A DNA stretch of 34,317 nt, taken from an uncultured bacterium. Lineage in GTDB: Bacteria; CAYJRR01. The stretch's first letter is position 1, and the number at the start of each line of letters is the position of its first letter. The position numbers and the translations under genes were made by a program. Location of the stretch: contig CAYJRR010000041.1 in the NCBI GenBank assembly GCA_964372275.1, forward strand, positions 1 through 34,317, given 5' to 3'. Positions 27,486-34,317 of this stretch are shown in pieces. The notes beneath the pieces were generated by a model. It was not told where the DNA came from. It did no database searches and saw only the letters and a list, made by a program, of their open reading frames with translations.

Positions 27486-27569
27486 GCGAAAGTGGCGGAA
27501 TTGGTAGACGCGCTAGATTCAGGGTCTAGTGCCCGCAAGGGCGTGGGGGTTCGAGTCCCTTCTTTCGCA
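27486..27569 (+). tRNA. tRNA-Leu (anticodon CAG)
   Basis: Acceptor GCGAAAG/CTTTCGC, D-loop GGAATTGGTAGAC, anticodon arm CTAGA-TTCAGGG-TCTAG, long variable arm GCCC-GCAA-GGGC, TTCGAGT loop; CCA not encoded. Confidence 0.96.
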
Positions 27570-27583
27570 CCCGGTGGTTGGCG

Positions 27584-27619
27584 GCCCTCCTCGTAGACGC
27601 GAGGAGGGCTCTTTTTTTT
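27584..27619 (+). terminator. Rho-independent terminator
   Basis: GCCCTCCTCG-TAGACG-CGAGGAGGGC 10-bp stem followed by TC and eight T. Confidence 0.92.
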
Positions 27620-27874
27620 GGTTCGGAGGGGCGCGGCCGGGGGTCCAGGTCGCGACCGGCACCGGGGTCGCGACCGCATCCGAGGACGCGCCGGGCCGGC
27701 GCGTGGGTCACGGCTGGGGAGGCATTGCCGTCGCACGGGCGACGCGAAAGCCCCCTCTCCCTTCCCGAATTCGCCGTTCTTCCGGTGCCTTGCCCACCGC
27801 TGGCCCAGGGCATTTCCCTTGCTTGACGCGCGGCGCAATCGGCCGCCCGTTCGCGGCCCGCGAAGGACCGCACC

Positions 27875-29035
27875 ATGACGACCCTCGGCCTTGCCCTGTT
27901 CGCCACCTGGACCCTCGCCAAGAGCGCCGCCCCGTGCTCCGCCCGGCCGTGCGAGCGGTTCCTCGCCACCTCCGAAACCGGCGAGGTGATTGCGGTCCAT
28001 ACGCTCGACGTCACCCGGACGACTCGCGCCCCGCTCGACGAGGCCCTACTGACGGCCCTCGGGCGGGGGGATCTCGCGACGGTCACCGTACGGGGGGCGT
28101 TCGTCCACGCGCGCGACCTCCCGTCGTCTCTCGGGAACTTCTTCCGCGTGGAGGCGGTCGAGCGGGCCCCCGACGCGATGCGGCCGCTTTCGTCGGGATG
28201 CGACGAAACCGACGCCGGCGCGGCGCCGCGCCTGGCCGGCGATCTGCGCGAGGCGAGGTCCTGGCGCGCGGGCGAAGCCCCGGTTCCGTTCGAGATCCAG
28301 AAGGCCACGCTCGACGAGATCCTCCGCCGTGTCCGCGCCCGGGCGCGCCAGCGCCGCGCCGACCCGGCGCTGCCGAAGCTCGTGGTGATGCTCGATCTCG
28401 ACAACACCAGCTTCGTTCCGACCGCGCGCGCGCACGCCGGGCTCCAGCGGATCGCGGCGGTCTGGAACATCGCCGAGGCGGCCGATCCGGACTCCTTCGA
28501 CCTCCTCCCCCACTACTCGAAGGCCGGCTTCCTGCAGTGGGCGGAACGAACCGGCCTGAAGGCCCGCTACCCGGGTCTCGACTGGAACGCCGTCTACAAC
28601 ACCTACTACGGCGCGACGTGGGTCGACGCGCTCGACGCCACCGAAACGCTCGTTCCGGGTCTGATCGAGTTCGCGCGGAGCGTCTCCCGCGCCGGCGGCG
28701 TGCTCGTCTTCAACACCGGCCGCCGCGAGTCCGACCGCGCCGTCACCGAGAGAACGCTTCGTGAAAACGGACTGCGCCGTCCGAAGGTGACGATGCGACG
28801 CAACGGCTTCTCCGGCAGCACCGCCGACTGGAAGGTGATGGCGGTCGACGAGATCCGCGCGAAATGGGGAGAGCCGGTCGCCTTCTTCGACGAAACCCCG
28901 GTCAATCACGCGGCGATGAACGCGGCCTACCCGGAGATCCTCGGCGTGCGCGTCTCGATCCCCGGGTTCACCACCGAGATGACCGACGAGGCGCTGTCGG
29001 CCGCGCCGTGGCGCGTCTCGACCTACCAGCGCTAG
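27875..29035 (+). CDS. Exported HAD-superfamily acid phosphatase-like protein
   Basis: Signal peptide; motif I DLDNT, motif II NTGR, WK, FFDE. Confidence 0.75.
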   Translation: MTTLGLALFATWTLAKSAAPCSARPCERFLATSETGEVIAVHTLDVTRTTRAPLDEALLTALGRGDLATVTVRGAFVHARDLPSSLGNFFRVEAVERAPDAMRPLSSGCDETDAGAAPRLAGDLREARSWRAGEAPVPFEIQKATLDEILRRVRARARQRRADPALPKLVVMLDLDNTSFVPTARAHAGLQRIAAVWNIAEAADPDSFDLLPHYSKAGFLQWAERTGLKARYPGLDWNAVYNTYYGATWVDALDATETLVPGLIEFARSVSRAGGVLVFNTGRRESDRAVTERTLRENGLRRPKVTMRRNGFSGSTADWKVMAVDEIRAKWGEPVAFFDETPVNHAAMNAAYPEILGVRVSIPGFTTEMTDEALSAAPWRVSTYQR

Positions 29036-29757
29036 GCGGGGATTCGCACACCGTAGAGGTCGATCTCGCCGACCGCCGGATTCTCACGGTCGACGAAGAC
29101 CTGCACCTCCTGCCCGTCGGCGAACCGCTGCGCCACGTGCGGCGGCACGTGCGGGGAGGTCACCTCGCGCGAGACCCCGTCGAAACCGGTCCAACCCCAG
29201 GTCACCTTCCACCACGGGACCTTGTTGACCGACAGCGTCCCGAGCCGCACCGCCACGATGCGCCCGTGGAACGGCGATCCTTCGAGCAGCGCCCGCGCGC
29301 TGCGCGAGGCGCGGCGGTAACCGACCCCGCCGAAACCGAGTCCGAGCGCCACCAGCAACGCCCCGAGGGAACCGAAGACGATCGCCTCGAGGAAGCTCGG
29401 AGGACCGTCGCTCGTGAGCCAGACGTCTTCGGGATCGGCGCCGGCGACGTACAGCTCGACCGGCATCTCGGGACGCTGCGACTCGAAGCGCTCGCGGCCG
29501 ACCGACAGGCTCGCCCGGTGCGCCGTACCGGTCCGGTCGTCGTAGACCACCTCCAGGTAGTGGTGCGTCCCTCCCTTGCTGCCGGACCGGGTGTAGGTGT
29601 CGATGACGGTGCCGGTCACCGGGTAGAAATCGCGCCGGTTCCGCTCGGCTCTCGCGCGCTCGTGGAGGCCGACGACGGAGAAGATCGTGCCGACGAAGGC
29701 CGCGATCAGACCGAACCAGAACGACGGGCGCGCGCGCAGGTAACGGAACAGGACCAT
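29032..29757 (-). CDS. Membrane protein with DUF3592-like domains
   Basis: TM - VTGTVI...VELYV..DP - TM - GRIV...VQVFVDRENP repeated architecture. Confidence 0.7.
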   Translation of the reverse strand: MVLFRYLRARPSFWFGLIAAFVGTIFSVVGLHERARAERNRRDFYPVTGTVIDTYTRSGSKGGTHHYLEVVYDDRTGTAHRASLSVGRERFESQRPEMPVELYVAGADPEDVWLTSDGPPSFLEAIVFGSLGALLVALGLGFGGVGYRRASRSARALLEGSPFHGRIVAVRLGTLSVNKVPWWKVTWGWTGFDGVSREVTSPHVPPHVAQRFADGQEVQVFVDRENPAVGEIDLYGVRIPA

Positions 29758-29810
29758 CCTTCGCTTCCCCTCCCGGACCGATCGTAGACCGGCGAGGAAA
29801 GCGGCGGAAA

Positions 29811-30752
29811 GTGACGAACACTGGTCAAGCGCCGCCGGGATGTCGTCGAGTGCGGTCGGTGAGATCGACGACGCCCCCGTTGTCCCGTTCCGCTCTTCGA
29901 GGCGCCCTGCTTCTCCTCGCCCTCGGGGGCGCCGCCTGCAACGATGGCGAGCTTCGTTCGCGGCCGGCCGCCGACGAGGAGCCGGAGGCCGACGGGACGG
30001 CGACCCCCGGCGTCACGCCGGACCCGGACGCCACCTCCACGCCGACCGTTCCCCCGCCGACCCCCTTTCCGACGCCGCTCCCCTGCCGGTTCTACGCGAT
30101 CGAGAAGAACGGCAATCTCTGGGCGCTCGATCCCGCGGTCCCGTCGGCCGACCTGGTCGGCGCCACCGGGTTCGACGGTCTCACCGACATCACCGTCACC
30201 GCGGCCTACGAGATGGTGGTCATCGGAATGCAGTCGGCCTTGCTCGTCGACCCGCTCTCCGCCGAGACGGCCCCCTACACCAACGCCACCTGGGTCTCGG
30301 GCCAGAACACGCTCGACGCGCTGGCCGACGGCCGGTTGCTGGTCGGCGGAGGGAGCGTGTTGAAGGCGATCGACCCGGGCGGCGGCGGCGCGCCCCAAAA
30401 CTATCCGTCCCTGCCCTCCGGTCGGCTCTACTCCGGCGACGTCTTCGCCCGCGCCGACGGGATCGCCTTTGCCAGCGCCAGCGTGACGCAGGGCGGCCCC
30501 GACCGCCTGATGCGGATCGACCTCGGCGGAGGCGGGGTCTCCGAGGTCGGCTCCTTCGGCGAGGAGCGCGTCTTCGGACTCGACGCCGGCTGCGACGGCG
30601 TCGTCTACGCGATCACCGAGGGGGATCCCTCGGAGGGTCAGAGTCCGAAGGTGCTGCGCGTCGCCCCCGACGCCGGAACGGTCACGACGGTCGGCGACCT
30701 GGAGGGACCGCAGAGGATCTGGGGCGCGACGGGGCCCGCCCCGCAACCGTGA
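29811..30752 (+). CDS. Hypothetical lipoprotein with Pro/Thr linker and beta-propeller-like repeats
   Basis: LLLLALGGAAC lipobox, TP-rich linker, repeated strand-DP/DG units; start uncertain. Confidence 0.7.
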   Translation: MTNTGQAPPGCRRVRSVRSTTPPLSRSALRGALLLLALGGAACNDGELRSRPAADEEPEADGTATPGVTPDPDATSTPTVPPPTPFPTPLPCRFYAIEKNGNLWALDPAVPSADLVGATGFDGLTDITVTAAYEMVVIGMQSALLVDPLSAETAPYTNATWVSGQNTLDALADGRLLVGGGSVLKAIDPGGGGAPQNYPSLPSGRLYSGDVFARADGIAFASASVTQGGPDRLMRIDLGGGGVSEVGSFGEERVFGLDAGCDGVVYAITEGDPSEGQSPKVLRVAPDAGTVTTVGDLEGPQRIWGATGPAPQP

Positions 30753-30778
30753 CGGCCACTTCGAAGGAGAACCGATCG

Positions 30779-31702
30779 ATGCGCCACCTTCTCTTCGTGC
30801 TCGTCCTCCTCTCCGCCGCCTGCGGAAACGTGACCTCCGGCGTCGACACGCGCGATCCGAACGGACCCGGTGCGTCCGACGACGACGACGACGGCGGCGG
30901 CGGCGACGACGAGGGCAACGACGACGACCCCGGAACGATGCCCTCCCAGATCGGCGGGATGGCAACCTTCGCCCGCTTTCGCGACAACCATTCCGACGAC
31001 TTCACCGGGATGGTGCAGTTCTTCCCCGTTCCGGTGCCGATGCCGGCCAACTTCCAGGAGTTCTGGGACGACTTCCCGCAGCAGCCGTTCGACACCTGCG
31101 AGGAGAAGGGTACCGCCGCCGTCGCGCTGAGCAGCAACATCCAGCCCCCCTCCGCCGGGGAGATCACTCTCGAGGGGCCCAACGGCACGCTCACGCTCTC
31201 GTCGCTGATGGAGGTGATGTACCTCTCGGTGTGGAACCCGACCACCCTGTTCGTCCCGAACGCCGAGTACCGCCTGAAGTCGACCGGCGGCCAGATCGAG
31301 GCGTTCGACCATCCGATGACCGCCCCCGGCGAGGTCCTGTCGCTCGATCCGAACCCGCTTTCGACCGATCCGTTCCCGCTTTCGCGCACCCAACCGTTGC
31401 CGGTGCGCTGGGAGTCGGTTCCGGACGGCCGGCCGCTCTACCTCTACTTCCGGCAGCAGCACGCCGCCGACGCGACGCCGCTCCTCTGGATGTGCAAGCT
31501 GACCGACGACGGCGAGTTCGACGTTCCGGTCGAGGTGCTGCAGGCGTTCGACTCCACCGTCACGCCGTGGGTCGGCGAGGCGTGGCGGGACAAGGTCGAG
31601 CTGCGCCGCTCGCGCCTCGGCTCGTTCTTCCCGCAAGGCTCGGTCGGACCGGTGCTGACCAGCTTCGAGTCCGGCTGGTTCGCCAACGTCCAGTTCCAGT
31701 AG
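30779..31702 (+). CDS. Hypothetical lipoprotein with Asp/Gly-rich linker
   Basis: AAGGAG RBS, ATG 30779, MRHLLFVLVLLSAAC lipobox, C..DDGEFDVP motif. Confidence 0.8.
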   Translation: MRHLLFVLVLLSAACGNVTSGVDTRDPNGPGASDDDDDGGGGDDEGNDDDPGTMPSQIGGMATFARFRDNHSDDFTGMVQFFPVPVPMPANFQEFWDDFPQQPFDTCEEKGTAAVALSSNIQPPSAGEITLEGPNGTLTLSSLMEVMYLSVWNPTTLFVPNAEYRLKSTGGQIEAFDHPMTAPGEVLSLDPNPLSTDPFPLSRTQPLPVRWESVPDGRPLYLYFRQQHAADATPLLWMCKLTDDGEFDVPVEVLQAFDSTVTPWVGEAWRDKVELRRSRLGSFFPQGSVGPVLTSFESGWFANVQFQ

Positions 31703-31784
31703 GACGGCGGCCGGCCGCCCACGCGCCTCACGGGCGTTTTCCTTTTGAAGCGCGGTTCGGCTTGATGCTACAAGCCCCGGTCCT

Positions 31785-33713
31785 ATGAGCGCTCTGCCGA
31801 ACGCCCCCACCGCCGCCCCGCCCCACGCCCGCAGCGATCGCTTCCCCGCCGGCGTGCCGTACATCGTCGGCAACGAAGGGGCCGAGCGGTTCAGCTTCTA
31901 CGGGATGAAGGCGATCCTGAAGGTCTACCTGATCGGCCTGTTCCTGAAGTCGATCGGCGTCCTCGACGAGTCGACCGCCACCCCCGAGCAGCTCGCCGCC
32001 GCGCGCGCCAAGTCGACCGAGGTGGTCCACCTCTTCGTGGCGGGGGTCTACGCCTTCCCGCTGATCGGCGCCGTCCTCTCCGACCGGCTGCTCGGAAAGT
32101 TCAAGGTGATCTTCTGGGTCTCCCTGATCTACTGCCTGGGGCACGCCGTGCTCGCCGTCGCCGGCCGGTTCGACGCGATCTCGATGTACCACGCGGCGGA
32201 GATCTCGATGTACCTCGGCCTGACGCTGATCGCCGTCGGTTCCGGCGGCATCAAGCCCTGCGTCTCGGCCAACGTCGGCGACCAGTTCACCAAGGAGAAC
32301 GGCCACCTCGTCACCAAGATCTTCCAGATCTTCTACTTCATCATCAACTACGGCTCGTTCTTCTCGACGATCATCACCCCGATCCTTCTCCGCCGGTTCG
32401 GACCGGAGGTGGCGTTCGGCGTGCCGGGGGTGTTGATGGGGGTGGCGACCCTCGTCTTCTGGATGGGGCGTGACCGGTTCGTGCGGGTGCCGCCGAATCC
32501 CGGCGGAAAGCTCGGGCTGCTCGACACCGTCGTCACCACGCTCCTCTTCTCCCCGCTGTTCGCGCTGATCGTCGGCTACTTCGTCCTGTGGGAAGGGTTC
32601 CTGAAGCGCCTGGGAGAGTCGCTCCCGAAGGGGGAGGAGCTGGCGGTGACGGCCGGGACGGTCGGGACCTTCTTCGCCGAGCACTGGTGGCTGCCGGTCG
32701 GGACCGTCGCCGCGGTGGCTGCGGGGCTGGCGCTGTTCCAGAAGCGCCAGTCGATCGTGGCCGACCGGACCAGCTTCCTCCCGGTGCTGCTCTTCGCCCT
32801 CCGCAACCAGTCGCGCCGGAAGCCGGGGCAAGGCTTCTTCGACGTCGCGAGGGAGGAGTTCGGAGAAGAGGCGGGGGACGGCCCGCCGGCGGTCCTCAAG
32901 ATCGTCGTCGTCTTCTCGATGGTCAGCGTCTTTTGGGCCCTGTTCGACCAGCACGCTTCCACGTGGATCGACCAGGCGAAGATGATGGACCTGACGCTCA
33001 CCTTCCCGACGTGGATCGGCCGGTGGGTGCTCGCCGCCACGATCGGCCTGTCGGTCTTCGCCGGCGTCTGGCTGTTCGCGTGGATCTCGAACCGGGCGCT
33101 GCCCGCGATCGCGACCCGGGCGACGCTCGCCGTGACCGGTGGACTCGGCGTGATCGCCGCCGTCCTCGATCTCCTGAATCCGCAGATGGCCCGCATCGAG
33201 ATGGACGCCGCGCAGCTCTCGGCGCTCAACCCGCTGATGGTGATGGTGATCATCCCGGCGCTGAACGTGCTGGTCTACGACCCGCTGCAGAAGCGCGGCA
33301 TCGACTTCTCGCCGCTCCGGCGGATGACGGTCGGGATGTTCCTCGCCGCCAGCGCCTTCGTCCTGGCGGCGGTGATCCAGAAGTGGATCGAGGTGGAGGG
33401 GAACGGCGAGGTCCACGGACTCTGGCAGGCGGTCCCCTACTTCGTGATGACGACCGCCGAGGTCCTGGTCTCGATCACCGGCCTCGAGTTCGCCTACACC
33501 CAGGCGCCCCGCGCGATGAAGTCGACGATGATGAGCTTCTGGCTCCTGTGCGTGACGTTCGGGAACCTGATCGTCGCCTTCCTCGCGCCGCTGCAGAAGA
33601 CGGTGGAGCTGTCGCAGTTCTTCTGGCTGTTCGCCGGACTGATGGCCGTCGCGGCCCTGGTTTTCGCGACGCTCGCCTACTTCTACAAGGGGAAGACCTA
33701 CCTACAGCACTGA
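31785..33713 (+). CDS. Proton-dependent oligopeptide transporter (POT/PTR family, MFS)
   Basis: NEGAERFSFYG, GSGGIKPCVSANVGDQF, FYFIINYGS, GLEFAYTQAP. Confidence 0.95.
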   Translation: MSALPNAPTAAPPHARSDRFPAGVPYIVGNEGAERFSFYGMKAILKVYLIGLFLKSIGVLDESTATPEQLAAARAKSTEVVHLFVAGVYAFPLIGAVLSDRLLGKFKVIFWVSLIYCLGHAVLAVAGRFDAISMYHAAEISMYLGLTLIAVGSGGIKPCVSANVGDQFTKENGHLVTKIFQIFYFIINYGSFFSTIITPILLRRFGPEVAFGVPGVLMGVATLVFWMGRDRFVRVPPNPGGKLGLLDTVVTTLLFSPLFALIVGYFVLWEGFLKRLGESLPKGEELAVTAGTVGTFFAEHWWLPVGTVAAVAAGLALFQKRQSIVADRTSFLPVLLFALRNQSRRKPGQGFFDVAREEFGEEAGDGPPAVLKIVVVFSMVSVFWALFDQHASTWIDQAKMMDLTLTFPTWIGRWVLAATIGLSVFAGVWLFAWISNRALPAIATRATLAVTGGLGVIAAVLDLLNPQMARIEMDAAQLSALNPLMVMVIIPALNVLVYDPLQKRGIDFSPLRRMTVGMFLAASAFVLAAVIQKWIEVEGNGEVHGLWQAVPYFVMTTAEVLVSITGLEFAYTQAPRAMKSTMMSFWLLCVTFGNLIVAFLAPLQKTVELSQFFWLFAGLMAVAALVFATLAYFYKGKTYLQH

Positions 33714-33833
33714 CACCGTGGGTGAGGAAGGTCACGTACCGGGATGTAGGAATTGCCACCCGGGCCGCACCGACCGGACGGCCGCGGATCCGATTCTCTA
33801 GCGATTCCAAGCTGTCACGGCGAACCGCCCCCG

Positions 33834-33849
33834 TGGCTCACCGGTTGCA
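33834..33849 (+). promoter_or_regulatory. Putative sigma54 promoter
   Basis: TGGCTCA-CCGG-TTGCA with exact GG-N10-GC spacing, upstream of GGAGG and ATG 33876. Confidence 0.5.
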
Positions 33850-33875
33850 GCCCCTCGTTCCATCGGAGGGGGCAA

Positions 33876-34317
33876 ATGGTCATCACGCGGGTCGAGCGGT
33901 CGATCGTTTCGTCGGGGGTCGCGGGACTTTCGCTTCTGGTGGGGGCCTGCAACGACAACACGCTGGTCGGCCTGCCCGACGCCGGCGAGGCGCCGGTCGC
34001 GGCGATCTCCGGTGACGCGAACCACGTCCCCCTCGACACCGCGGTCTTCGACGGCAGCGACTCCTACGATCCGGACGGCGAGATCGTCGAGTATCGGTGG
34101 GAGGTGGTCGGTCGGCCGAGCGGCAGCTCGGCGCCGATCGAGACGCTGGACCCGGCGCGGGCGGAGCTCTTCGTCGATTTCGCCGGCGACTACACGATCC
34201 GCCTGACCGTCGTCGACGACCGCGGGAACGAGGGCCAGGACGAGTTCGCCTTCAGCGCCGTCCCCTGGCAGCAGCTCCACGTCGAGCTGGCGTGGGACAC
34301 TCCGACCTCCGACTTCG
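33876..34317 (+). CDS. PKD-domain lipoprotein (runs off window end; not in the ORF track)
   Basis: GGAGG RBS; MVITRVERS...LLVGAC lipobox; FDGSDSYDPDGEIVEYRW and GDYTIRLTVVD PKD motifs; no stop before the window end. Confidence 0.85.
   Translation, partial: MVITRVERSIVSSGVAGLSLLVGACNDNTLVGLPDAGEAPVAAISGDANHVPLDTAVFDGSDSYDPDGEIVEYRWEVVGRPSGSSAPIETLDPARAELFVDFAGDYTIRLTVVDDRGNEGQDEFAFSAVPWQQLHVELAWDTPTSDF

Noticed and set aside
27700-27770. Possible c-di-GMP-I (GEMM) riboswitch (GGCATTG...GACGCGAAAGCC)
   Set aside because: Only a loose resemblance; the GGCAAA, GNRA-loop and GACGCAAAGC elements are altered and no second hairpin is evident. An Infernal/Rfam scan would settle it.
30875-30930. GAC/GGC triplet repeats
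   Set aside because: They encode an ordinary Asp/Gly lipoprotein linker.
27570-34317. Genomic island integrated at tRNA-Leu
   Set aside because: No integrase or att duplicate seen; the terminator is intact and the downstream genes look host-like.
1-34317. CRISPR array, rRNA or IS element
   Set aside because: No regularly spaced repeats, rRNA-like stretch or transposase motifs were recognised.

Overview
High-GC bacterial scaffold with a myxobacterial/Deltaproteobacteria-like gene repertoire (Ser/Thr kinases, PEGA/PKD lipoproteins, sigma54-type promoters); the taxon is an inference. The main feature is a five-gene, apparently co-transcribed phosphonate operon at 5511-12886, behind a well-spaced sigma70 promoter. 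It encodes a CDP-glycerol glycerophosphotransferase-family protein, PEP mutase fused to a nucleotidyltransferase, a nucleotidyltransferase fused to a methylphosphonate-synthase-type dioxygenase (His/Gln/His plus Phe and Ile at MPnS spacing), phosphonopyruvate decarboxylase and a phosphonoacetaldehyde-reductase-type Fe-ADH. Together these suggest a make-activate-transfer pathway for methylphosphonate-decorated surface polymers. A 10-N gap with C-rich, probably artefactual sequence interrupts the mpnS domain. Also present: partial hutI, an ECF sigma/ZAS anti-sigma pair, an amidohydrolase, an AAA/DUF4143 gene with a palindromic operator-like site, a hydrolase and large ATPase-LuxR regulator, cystathionine beta-synthase and gamma-lyase separated by a kinase block, a Cu-monooxygenase-like lipoprotein, tRNA-Leu(CAG) with terminator, a HAD phosphatase, a POT transporter and several lipoproteins. 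No CRISPR array, rRNA, transposase or integrase was recognised. All family calls come from reading motifs by eye; no searches were run.
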